IMG/VR virus record: IMGVR_UViG_3300017992_000021
Coordinates: 1 to 64,000 of that record
Origin: a virus
Reading direction: 5' to 3' (one strand)
DNA: 64,000 nt
Shown: piece after piece, positions 17,298 through 25,608 of the stretch
How positions within the stretch are numbered: position 1 is the first letter of the stretch
How the letters are laid out: each line of letters begins with the position of its first letter
Notes under the pieces: generated by a model
What the model was told of the DNA's origin: nothing
The model's input: only the letters and a program-made list of their open reading frames with translations
Database searches by the model: none
Position numbers and translations under genes: made by a program

Positions 17298-19085
17298 ATG
17301 CGCATCGTAGGTAAGAACTTCAAGTGCTTCAGCCACTTCGACATCAATTTCGAGCCCGGCACGAATAACGTCGTGTTGGGCGACAGCAGCGACACCGACT
17401 ATGCAGACTCCAACGGGGCAGGCAAGACCACCTTGGGCATCCACGCACTATGCTGGGTGCGTTACGGTAAGTACCCCGGAATGAGTAATGTCAACAGCCC
17501 GATAAACCTCGCAGCAGGGAAAGGCTGTGAGGTTTACCATGAGTTTACAGATACTTCGGGCAATCCCTGCATCATCAAACGCAGTCGTAAGCCGACTAAG
17601 CTGGAGTTCTGGCAGAACGGTACTGAAGTCAGCGGCGACAAAGATGTCGTGCAGGAAAAGATCAACGCCGCTATCGGTTGCGATTATGATTTCTACGTTA
17701 GGGTGTTTTTATATACCGGCGCTGATGAGTTCAAGTTCGCCAAGCTTACTGATGCGAAACAGAAAGCGATTCTCGACACCATCCTGCCAATGGACTTCGA
17801 TAAGCCGCGCGAACTGGCGGTGAAGGAGCGGGACAAGATTGCACAAGCCCGCGATAATAACCGGCGCGATGTAGCCAACGTGATCGGCGAAATCAACACC
17901 GTGGGTTCGCAGATCCGTGAAGAAGAACAGCAGATAAACATTTGGGAGACCCAAAAACAGTCTGACTGGGCCGCCATCGAACAGAACGTGAAAGCGTGGG
18001 GTAACGTCCACGCTCAGAAAAAAGTGGAATACGATGATGTATGCGCACAAGCATCCGAGACTCTATCCGCCTACACCAAGCTCCACGATCAAGTCGTGGT
18101 TCTTAGAAAAGATCGAACAGTACTTGAGCAGAAGCTGTTCGATGAAAAGACCCGACTCGCGTCGCTGTCCGGTAACGCTGATAACCGCATCTGCCCTACT
18201 TGCCACCAACGACTCGTGGATGAAACTGCTCTGGGACACGTACAGCAAAGAGTCACCGAAGTCGAAGCCTCTGTGGCACAGTTGGAACAGCAAGTAGCCG
18301 CGCTGCCGGACTCAACTGAGATAGAACAGGAGTTCGCGAAAGCTTCTGCAGAACTGGATCACATAACCGGCGTCAAGGAGCACATCAACAACGAGATGCG
18401 CGAGGCTATGCATCATGTTGAGACTGGCACCGCGCAACTGAACAACAAGCCCGAGGGCGACAATCCACACATCCACGCGTGCAAACTACTCAGCGACACT
18501 TTACAAAGACACCAAGACCGCAAAGCGGAATTAGATGCGGAGTGGAACAAGTGCGAGGACGACCTGAAAATATGGGATGCCGTTGTCGGCGCCTTCGGTG
18601 CGAAGGGTCTAAAGCACTACGCCTTCGAAACGTTATGCCCGGAGCTTACCGCGACAGCGCACACGCTACTGAAGTACCTGTCGCCGGAAGACCTCGATGT
18701 AGAATTCAGATCCCATTCAACGGGTAAGAAGGTCAAGGAGGGTTTCCACATCGCCGCGCGCCGCAAGGGCGGCCCGCAGAATTACAGCGACCTCAGTGGT
18801 GGAGAGCGGGCAAGAATTGACTTGGTGGTCTTCTTAACGCTGTTCTTGACGGCCATGAAGCACGTCAGCAATACAGGCATCGTGGTCTTCGATGAGATCG
18901 CCGATACGCTTGACGATACAGGCAAGCAGATGGTCGTTCAGTTGCTTGATTTCTTCTCTAAAGAGTATGGCGTCACTTGCCTAATGCTGACCAACGACAA
19001 ATCAATCTCTTCATACGTGTCACGAGGCTACTGCTGTAAGCGTACCGGAGACGTAAGCGAGGTGGAAAGGATTTTGGAAGGATGA
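17298..19085 (+). CDS. SbcC/Rad50-like ATPase
   Basis: NGAGKTT; coiled coil; CPTC zinc hook; LSGGE; VFDE. Confidence 0.92.
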   Translation: MRIVGKNFKCFSHFDINFEPGTNNVVLGDSSDTDYADSNGAGKTTLGIHALCWVRYGKYPGMSNVNSPINLAAGKGCEVYHEFTDTSGNPCIIKRSRKPTKLEFWQNGTEVSGDKDVVQEKINAAIGCDYDFYVRVFLYTGADEFKFAKLTDAKQKAILDTILPMDFDKPRELAVKERDKIAQARDNNRRDVANVIGEINTVGSQIREEEQQINIWETQKQSDWAAIEQNVKAWGNVHAQKKVEYDDVCAQASETLSAYTKLHDQVVVLRKDRTVLEQKLFDEKTRLASLSGNADNRICPTCHQRLVDETALGHVQQRVTEVEASVAQLEQQVAALPDSTEIEQEFAKASAELDHITGVKEHINNEMREAMHHVETGTAQLNNKPEGDNPHIHACKLLSDTLQRHQDRKAELDAEWNKCEDDLKIWDAVVGAFGAKGLKHYAFETLCPELTATAHTLLKYLSPEDLDVEFRSHSTGKKVKEGFHIAARRKGGPQNYSDLSGGERARIDLVVFLTLFLTAMKHVSNTGIVVFDEIADTLDDTGKQMVVQLLDFFSKEYGVTCLMLTNDKSISSYVSRGYCCKRTGDVSEVERILEG

Positions 19086-19267
19086 AAATCTGGTGGTTCA
19101 TTAAATGCTTCTTCGGTCTCGGCAGCATACACGACGGCTCTATCTGTTGGTTCAGTGAGAGATTCTGGGAGCGTCATGATTACCACGAGGGCCAAGGCGG
19201 CGACGGCGTACCCTCGCACGGCTACAGCTACACCTGCCCTAAATGCGGGAGGAAATTTACGATATGA
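19082..19267 (+). CDS. Hypothetical protein
   Basis: ATGA coupling; C-terminal CPKC. Confidence 0.6.
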   Translation: MKIWWFIKCFFGLGSIHDGSICWFSERFWERHDYHEGQGGDGVPSHGYSYTCPKCGRKFTI

Positions 19268-19362
19268 AGGAAGACCTGCACGACCTACTAGTAGCCCTTG
19301 TACTGATGACACTGATAGGCGGCTTCGTGCTGTTCATTAAGATTGTACTGGAACTCATGTGA
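19264..19362 (+). CDS. Small single-pass membrane peptide (32 aa)
   Basis: Hand translation MKEDLHDLLVALVLMTLIGGFVLFIKIVLELM; GGAGG RBS; ATGA coupling. Confidence 0.5.
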   Translation: MKEDLHDLLVALVLMTLIGGFVLFIKIVLELM

Positions 19363-19806
19363 TTAGTACGGGAACGGGAGATCAGCAGTGACCTTGAGAA
19401 CTTCCACCATGACGAAATTGATGAACTCCTCGAAATCCAACAGGTGGGCAACCGACTCCAGCTTGCCGCAGATGAACCGTGCGAGAATCATCCGTTCAAT
19501 CTGGTCGAGCTTCTCCAGTTCACTCGCTATCGCGGGAATATTAGTGGCAATGTCAATCAGCCCGCATTCGCTCTCGATGAACATCAGCCTCGGCTGCTCC
19601 ATCTCAGCGTACACCGCCTCCAGCGATTCCCGAACATGTCGCATGGCTTCGGCGCGCTGCTCGAATTCCATCACAGATTCTTCGGCAACTTCCGGGGCAG
19701 CCTCCGGGGTGACTTCCGGGGTAGAGCCGCATGCGCCGATCAACAAACAGGCGGCAATTGCAAGGATCATGTAGATAGCGAGAATGTATAGACTGAGACG
19801 TAACAT
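19363..19806 (-). CDS. Putative lipoprotein
   Basis: Signal peptide ending in LIGA-C, then a Pro/Glu linker. Confidence 0.65.
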   Translation of the reverse strand: MLRLSLYILAIYMILAIAACLLIGACGSTPEVTPEAAPEVAEESVMEFEQRAEAMRHVRESLEAVYAEMEQPRLMFIESECGLIDIATNIPAIASELEKLDQIERMILARFICGKLESVAHLLDFEEFINFVMVEVLKVTADLPFPY

Positions 19807-19813
19807 GGCACAC

Positions 19814-20656
19814 CTACCTAACAATGATGAGCTTACCGCGCGTTGCGGCTACCATTTGTTGCGCTTGAGCAAGACCTCGTTTGGAATCGCCTACAAACAC
19901 ATACACGAATTCGCAGCCGTCAGCGGCTAGCTCCTCCCAGAGCGGAAGGAACAGTTCAAGGGTCCTCGAAGAATAGGTGCCATCGCAAAGGAAGATGAAC
20001 TTGTCTAAGTCTTGGTATTTCGTAGCTGCTATTTCAAGCGCGGTCCACGCAGCAGTGCCGCCCGTAGCCTTTAGTTCGTCTACCAAGTTCTCCGCCATGG
20101 CCTTATTAGAGTCGGTGGCGTCCACCAGAGCCTCGAATGAGGTGACCTCGCTCTCAAAGAACACCAGAGCAAAGTCGTCTTCCTCCTCGTCCAGTTCTCG
20201 GATGCACTTGATGGCCTCTTCCTTCACGAGCGTCATCCGTGAGGGCGGATTAGAGTACACGTTGCCATCGGCGTCTTCCATAAGCGGAGGATTATCCATG
20301 GCACTGCGCATAGAGCCTGAGTGGTCGATAACCAGCACGAAATTACCGTCAACCTCTTCGCCGAAAAAGGTCGGGAGGCCCGTGGGTTCAATCGTGACAA
20401 TTTCAGGCGGCGGTTCGACAGGCGGCGGAGGCGGTGGAGGCGGCGGCGGCGGCGGCGGTACTATCCCTGTGGGCGGTAGACGCGGCGGAATGCCTTCGGT
20501 CTTGGGAAGGATAATACGTAGGGGCGGGGCGGGTTTATCAACCCCCTCGTCGACCTCGCGTAGAATCCGAGGGGTAGACGGCTTCTCACCCGTTACAACT
20601 CCGTGGAGAAGCATAACGCAGACGAGCGCCGCACTTAGTGCCCATGTAGTTTTCAA
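19814..20656 (-). CDS. Exported von Willebrand factor A (vWA) domain protein
   Basis: TTG start after GGGGAGG; N-terminal hydrophobic segment; poly-Pro linker; MIDAS motifs IDHSGSM, GGT and LCDG. Confidence 0.85.
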   Translation of the reverse strand: MKTTWALSAALVCVMLLHGVVTGEKPSTPRILREVDEGVDKPAPPLRIILPKTEGIPPRLPPTGIVPPPPPPPPPPPPPVEPPPEIVTIEPTGLPTFFGEEVDGNFVLVIDHSGSMRSAMDNPPLMEDADGNVYSNPPSRMTLVKEEAIKCIRELDEEEDDFALVFFESEVTSFEALVDATDSNKAMAENLVDELKATGGTAAWTALEIAATKYQDLDKFIFLCDGTYSSRTLELFLPLWEELAADGCEFVYVFVGDSKRGLAQAQQMVAATRGKLIIVR

Positions 20657-20692
20657 TTTAGCCCTCCCCTCTCGGATGTGGAGGCTACTCAT

Positions 20693-20721
20693 ATTATACA
20701 CCACCGACCGGCGTGGGACAA
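20693..20721 (-). promoter_or_regulatory. Near-consensus sigma70 promoter for the vWA-lipoprotein cassette
   Basis: TTGTCC-N17-TATAAT. Confidence 0.75.
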
Positions 20722-20767
20722 GCGCGGGTACTGGGCTAGAGACGATCGAGGTATTACAGAAAGTCAA

Positions 20768-21301
20768 ATGATGGAACGCCGCGCTGTAGACCAGCTATTT
20801 AAGACCTCTTATATGGTCGACGTGAAACCGCACAAGATTGAGGTCTTCGAGTCAGACACAGATCCCATCAAGAAGTGGATCTCTCTCGGTTGCGACGTGT
20901 CTGATAATTACGAATACGAGGACAAAAGCTGGCAAGACGGTTTCTTCGTTGATGCTGGCATCAACGTATCGCTGCGACACTTCATGTGGATGCTCCGGCA
21001 GGTAAACGTCAATCACCGACACGCAATACCGTGGCTCCGGAGCGGCGGATGGGAACTCCCGCCTGACTTCCACGCGTGGCTGCACACGATCGTATTCAGC
21101 AACAACATGCAGGTAATCACGGCCTCCCGCCATCGCTTCGAGGAGGCGTGGATGCCTACGATCTATCGCCAACGGTTCATCATCATGGAAGGCGCTGTCG
21201 TGAACGTCGATAAAGTCGTCAACGTCACCAGCGTCTGGAGCAATATTCAGGCTTACGCGCAGCTACTTGAACAACACGAAGAAACAGGAGGGGTGAGGTA
21301 A
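20768..21301 (+). CDS. Hypothetical protein
   Basis: Open frame; likely start at 20768. Confidence 0.6.
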   Translation: MMERRAVDQLFKTSYMVDVKPHKIEVFESDTDPIKKWISLGCDVSDNYEYEDKSWQDGFFVDAGINVSLRHFMWMLRQVNVNHRHAIPWLRSGGWELPPDFHAWLHTIVFSNNMQVITASRHRFEEAWMPTIYRQRFIIMEGAVVNVDKVVNVTSVWSNIQAYAQLLEQHEETGGVR

Positions 21302-21504
21302 TGTCTTATAGCGATGGGTTAAATTTACTCTCTTTTGTCATCGGCCTCGTTATAGGCGGCATGGTAGCCGCCGTCATTGTGATGGCGGTATGTAATGACG
21401 ATATGAGCGACGTACGTAAAGAAGCTATCGAACGCGACTACGCGCAGTACAACCCAAAGACCAGTGAGTGGGAGTGGATCGAGCCAGAGAAAGGCACAGA
21501 GTAA
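21301..21504 (+). CDS. Small membrane protein
   Basis: N-terminal transmembrane segment; TAATG coupling. Confidence 0.65.
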   Translation: MSYSDGLNLLSFVIGLVIGGMVAAVIVMAVCNDDMSDVRKEAIERDYAQYNPKTSEWEWIEPEKGTE

Positions 21505-21773
21505 TGGGAGTTCAACAAGTAACCCGAGTGACATGGCGGCGACCGGTATTTGAGGCGGTCCAATGGGACCCAATAGGTGAGTGGCCCAGTTTCGTGGAGC
21601 AAGCTGAAAAAGTTACCTTTTTAGATGACGAGTACGAACTCACCTGCTCGAACGGAGACTCTTTGTACCCAAAGGCTGGTGATTACATCGTCACTTTCGA
21701 AGACGGTACACGCTGCTCCTACACATGCGACCAATTTTACAAAACCTTTGAAACAATAGTACCCGGTGGGTAA
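21504..21773 (+). CDS. Hypothetical protein
   Basis: EAVQW...GDYIV...FYKTFE pattern typical of small phage proteins. Confidence 0.65.
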   Translation: MGVQQVTRVTWRRPVFEAVQWDPIGEWPSFVEQAEKVTFLDDEYELTCSNGDSLYPKAGDYIVTFEDGTRCSYTCDQFYKTFETIVPGG

Positions 21774-21775
21774 AC

Positions 21776-22483
21776 ATGAACTACGACCACATCATCGGAA
21801 TAGATCCCGGCTACGGAACGCAAGGTATCGCCATCCTCGACTGCCCTGTGGGGTCTAAACCTCAGTTCAGCACCCTGTGCTCATCGATTACCGAGTCCAA
21901 GGTGTTCCCTTCGCACCACGAACGTTGTGATGCGCAGATCGACATCATCGAAGGCGCACTTGGGACAGCACGACACACCATCTCTAACTCGCTTGCGATA
22001 ATCGAGGAGTGGCGTACCAACCCGAAGGCCCGTAATAACGTCACCTCCTATCAGCGTGGATTCTACGACGCGGTTCTGCGTCTACGCATGCAGAGAATTT
22101 GCAGAACCGTCATCACCGTGAATCCTATCTGGGTAAACCAGTACTCAAATCCCAAAGGGAAATTCACCAAAGGCGCCGAAAACCCGTCTGCAATCGAAAT
22201 TCTCACTTACGTGCAGATGTCCTGCCCGTGGCTGAGCGAATTCGAAGCCGCTGAATGGCTTCTCGAACGCGGTACCGTCATTAAGCTGTCTCTTGAGGGC
22301 TACAAGTACTCTCGCAGTGAAAAAAACAAGATCCACTACGCTGATGCTGCTATCATGGCCGTGATGGGCTACATTGCGGCAGCCGATCCGATGCTTGCAG
22401 CGGGCCGACCGCCGCACCAGAAGGATATCACGCAGAAAATGTGTGCTCTCCTGAAGGCAGCGGCAATCAATGATACTCGATGA
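21776..22483 (+). CDS. RuvC-like Holliday junction resolvase
   Basis: IIGIDPG; IIEE; ADAA. Confidence 0.7.
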   Translation: MNYDHIIGIDPGYGTQGIAILDCPVGSKPQFSTLCSSITESKVFPSHHERCDAQIDIIEGALGTARHTISNSLAIIEEWRTNPKARNNVTSYQRGFYDAVLRLRMQRICRTVITVNPIWVNQYSNPKGKFTKGAENPSAIEILTYVQMSCPWLSEFEAAEWLLERGTVIKLSLEGYKYSRSEKNKIHYADAAIMAVMGYIAAADPMLAAGRPPHQKDITQKMCALLKAAAINDTR

Positions 22484-23288
22484 CGAAAAAGCGAGTGATA
22501 TAGTCCTCCGCATGAAGTCCCGGTTGCTCAAGGTTCGCAAGAACAAGACCGGAGATAATGCGCCGCACATCATTCAGGCGCTCGAAGCCGAGTTCTACGA
22601 CTGCACCCTCGACTTTCTCAAGGCAGCGGTAAACGAGTTCTGTCCGACCGCCAACGAGCACGATCGTAAGGATCTCGTACAGGATGGTTTCCTCCGGATC
22701 AACCGCAAAATCATGACTTTCCACCCGAAGAAGGGCAAGCTTCACTCGTGGATGACCATGATCGTCAAAAACATGTGCATCGACTGGATGCGTAAGAAGC
22801 GCCCCGACGTCGACGTGCCGGAGCAGCTATTCGACCGCGCTGAGGAGCCCTCGATCGAGCAGGAATTCGATCGAGACACCTTTGGTAGCCTGAAGGCGTT
22901 CTTCCCGTTTTTCGTGTCGGACAAGTTCATTTTCAAGCTGCTGGCGATCGTCGAGAAATACCGCTTCAAGGCCACGATGTCATGCGTGAACGAGGTTACG
23001 GAAGCCCTCAAAGAGATCGACGTCGATTACACTGAGTACGGTAAGCCCACGACACTCGTGCAGGCAGTCATCATCGCCTTACGCGGCATGCTGCTCACAC
23101 CCATGACTGACCGTACGGCGATAGTCATGGCGTATCTGGCCAAGAACCCAGAACTCGACGTATTAAAGGTCTTGACCTACTTTTTCGGTGAAAAGATGAC
23201 CGCTCAAATGGTGCTCTTGATGGGCGGCATGCAGATCCAACTACCCTCACCGCAGCAGTTCTTCAAGCCCGTTGAGCGCACCCGTTAG
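22470..23288 (+). CDS. Sigma-factor-like protein (region 2) with atypical C-terminus
   Basis: DLVQDGFLRI...FHPKKGKLHSWMTMIVKNMCIDWMRKK. Confidence 0.78.
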   Translation: MILDDEKASDIVLRMKSRLLKVRKNKTGDNAPHIIQALEAEFYDCTLDFLKAAVNEFCPTANEHDRKDLVQDGFLRINRKIMTFHPKKGKLHSWMTMIVKNMCIDWMRKKRPDVDVPEQLFDRAEEPSIEQEFDRDTFGSLKAFFPFFVSDKFIFKLLAIVEKYRFKATMSCVNEVTEALKEIDVDYTEYGKPTTLVQAVIIALRGMLLTPMTDRTAIVMAYLAKNPELDVLKVLTYFFGEKMTAQMVLLMGGMQIQLPSPQQFFKPVERTR

Positions 23289-24607
23289 AACAGCGGCGGA
23301 TACAGCGCGATAACCTCGCCCCACCCCATAATCGGCACCATCGGAATAATACCGGCAGCCATTACGGCGGCGTTCGGAATGTAGAACACTTGGAGATCCG
23401 ATCGGAAGCACCCGACATTGCTGCGCTTATCGGCAGCGAGTGACGGCACGCCCGTATTGACCTCGCGGTAGTGCAAGTCCGGCACAAGATTCACTGTGTC
23501 TAGTACGGAGTCCCACTGAGGGATACCGGCTACACCGCCAACGCTGGCCATTGATTCGCACGCAAACTCGTGGGCGTACAACGTGCCGGTCGGATGACCC
23601 GGATTGTTCGTGGGGTGCTGGAACGGACAGCCCTGCGGCATCGGCAGTGAACCAAGCTGCGACGGTAAGGCGTACGCCGCATAGATGGTCGAAGCAGCGA
23701 TAAGATCGTACGCAAACTGGTCGTGAATGAATTCCCACGTCTGGACGTAGTACCGTTCGGTGAGATCCCGGATGGCTTCGGTGAACTGGTAGCTGTTACT
23801 CGATGCCACCCGTGCGGCGACGTCGCTACAGTAAATCGAATGCACCGTCATTATGAACGAGGACGTGTTCTTGTACAGGACGCCTATCTCGAAATATGTC
23901 GCATCAGCGTCAGGCGTTATCGACATCTGGGCTACTTGATCAGTGCCGGATGAGAGGTCGTTTGTGTCCACCATCTCGACACGCCCGTTAGCGCCGCCGT
24001 CCCACACGGCGTACAGGTTGCCGCTGTTATTGATGTCACAGTCGTACTTGATGGATATCGTCAACGCCTTACCGGCAAAACGATCGACCGGGCAGTGTGC
24101 GCTGATTGGCTGATACAGCGCGGGCCAGTCTTCATTGGCGACGTTCTTGGTACGTGCTGCTGCTGCGAACTGTAATCTCAGAGACTTGTTGCCGAGCAGG
24201 ACGTCCTCGTCACCGAAATCAGAGGTCAGCATCTCGTTAGCGATGAACCACCCCGCCATGATGGTTGGGTGGTACGTGTATGTCGTACCGGCGTACCCGA
24301 GGGAGGTTCCGCTCGGTAAATTGGCGAAATTCGTAGTTGCTGCCCGCACGTTGCCGGGTCCGGGTATCGTGTAAGCAGATGCCTTCAGATGCAGCCAGCG
24401 TGAAATCTGCATGTCGCCGTTGAGTTCAAGCTGGCCATTACCGAACAGCCCGCTGACGGTGTTGGTAATGTTCGTCGTGCGGTTGTGGAGATCGATGATC
24501 TCCTGCTTACACTTGGTGAAATTACCCTCGATCTCCGTAACGTATGCTGCGGGATCGATCGGTAAGTCAAGGTCATTTCCCGACCCAGAAAACGGAGGGT
24601 TCGGCAT
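23285..24607 (-). CDS. Putative tail fibre / receptor-binding protein
   Basis: Last gene of the tail operon; N-terminal coiled segment, beta-rich body, TERYY motif. Confidence 0.6.
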   Translation of the reverse strand: MPNPPFSGSGNDLDLPIDPAAYVTEIEGNFTKCKQEIIDLHNRTTNITNTVSGLFGNGQLELNGDMQISRWLHLKASAYTIPGPGNVRAATTNFANLPSGTSLGYAGTTYTYHPTIMAGWFIANEMLTSDFGDEDVLLGNKSLRLQFAAAARTKNVANEDWPALYQPISAHCPVDRFAGKALTISIKYDCDINNSGNLYAVWDGGANGRVEMVDTNDLSSGTDQVAQMSITPDADATYFEIGVLYKNTSSFIMTVHSIYCSDVAARVASSNSYQFTEAIRDLTERYYVQTWEFIHDQFAYDLIAASTIYAAYALPSQLGSLPMPQGCPFQHPTNNPGHPTGTLYAHEFACESMASVGGVAGIPQWDSVLDTVNLVPDLHYREVNTGVPSLAADKRSNVGCFRSDLQVFYIPNAAVMAAGIIPMVPIMGWGEVIALYPPLF

Positions 24608-24855
24608 CAGTCTTTCTCCTGCTCATAGTAGAGCGCGATGTAGGACTTCTCGTGAGCATTCACGACACTGACTAGCAGTTTCGGAGTTCCGTCGGCGATT
24701 TCCCTGACGAACTTCTCCAAGTCAAACTGGTCGTTAAGCCACTTGTATTTCAATTTGGCCGTGACCGCGAATGCGAAGGCCGCACCTGTCGTTAAAGCCT
24801 TCATGCCCGCCATCGCGGCTGATACGTTCTGCGGTACTCCCGGTATATCGGTCAT
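24607..24855 (-). CDS. Hypothetical protein
   Basis: GGAGAGG RBS; coupled. Confidence 0.6.
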   Translation of the reverse strand: MTDIPGVPQNVSAAMAGMKALTTGAAFAFAVTAKLKYKWLNDQFDLEKFVREIADGTPKLLVSVVNAHEKSYIALYYEQEKD

Positions 24856-24864
24856 ATCCCTCTC

Positions 24865-25608
24865 CTACGGCGTGCATACCGTCGTTGTTTCTCTCCAACC
24901 CCACGAAGATGTTGAGGCGTCGAAACCGACCGGAGCCAGCCCCCAACGCCATCTCACATCATCCCATGGTACCAACACGGTCTGCTGCGTACAGATTAAT
25001 GACCCGCCAGCAGATCCGCGCACACTGTCTGATACGGGGATATAGCCCTGCACGTAGTTTTCACCGAGTACGTGCAAAACTGGGTCCTTGTAGATCCCGT
25101 CACCAGCCGACAAAGTTGAGAGGCCAAGGCTGGTGCGGTAGTTGTTGATCAAGGTTTGCAAATCGGCACTCAAACTGCCGAATAACAAGTACTCCATCCC
25201 GAATAGAAAAGAGAGGTCGCTACCGTCGATCGAATGGATTGGGTAGAAATCGAGTCGTGCTTCGTCAGAACCGTACCCCGACCTGCCGACTACTGTCAGA
25301 CGGCCCGTTTTGTCCTTTTTCAACTGCACCGGCACGCCGGAGTCATCCGCAATCCACTGGCGGGCTTGATTGGCTACAAGTACATCGCGAGCTACCGGCT
25401 GGCCCGGATGCTCAAGCAGACGTACGTTGACAACGAAAGCAATCTGCGTTGGCTGTCCCGGCAAAGCGTCTTCCGGGAACTGTTTGGTGCGTACAGATTC
25501 AGTAGTAACACCTGTAGTGAATTCCTGCTCGCCACGGATAGCTTTTTGCGCGACACGAGCGATCTTGTCGCGGGACTTCTGCTGTTGTGCTACCTGTGAC
25601 TGAGGCAT
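24865..25608 (-). CDS. Putative tail tip protein
   Basis: Position in the tail operon. Confidence 0.6.
   Translation of the reverse strand: MPQSQVAQQQKSRDKIARVAQKAIRGEQEFTTGVTTESVRTKQFPEDALPGQPTQIAFVVNVRLLEHPGQPVARDVLVANQARQWIADDSGVPVQLKKDKTGRLTVVGRSGYGSDEARLDFYPIHSIDGSDLSFLFGMEYLLFGSLSADLQTLINNYRTSLGLSTLSAGDGIYKDPVLHVLGENYVQGYIPVSDSVRGSAGGSLICTQQTVLVPWDDVRWRWGLAPVGFDASTSSWGWRETTTVCTP

Noticed and set aside
20405-20460. GGC-rich simple repeat
   Set aside because: Encodes the poly-proline linker of the vWA protein
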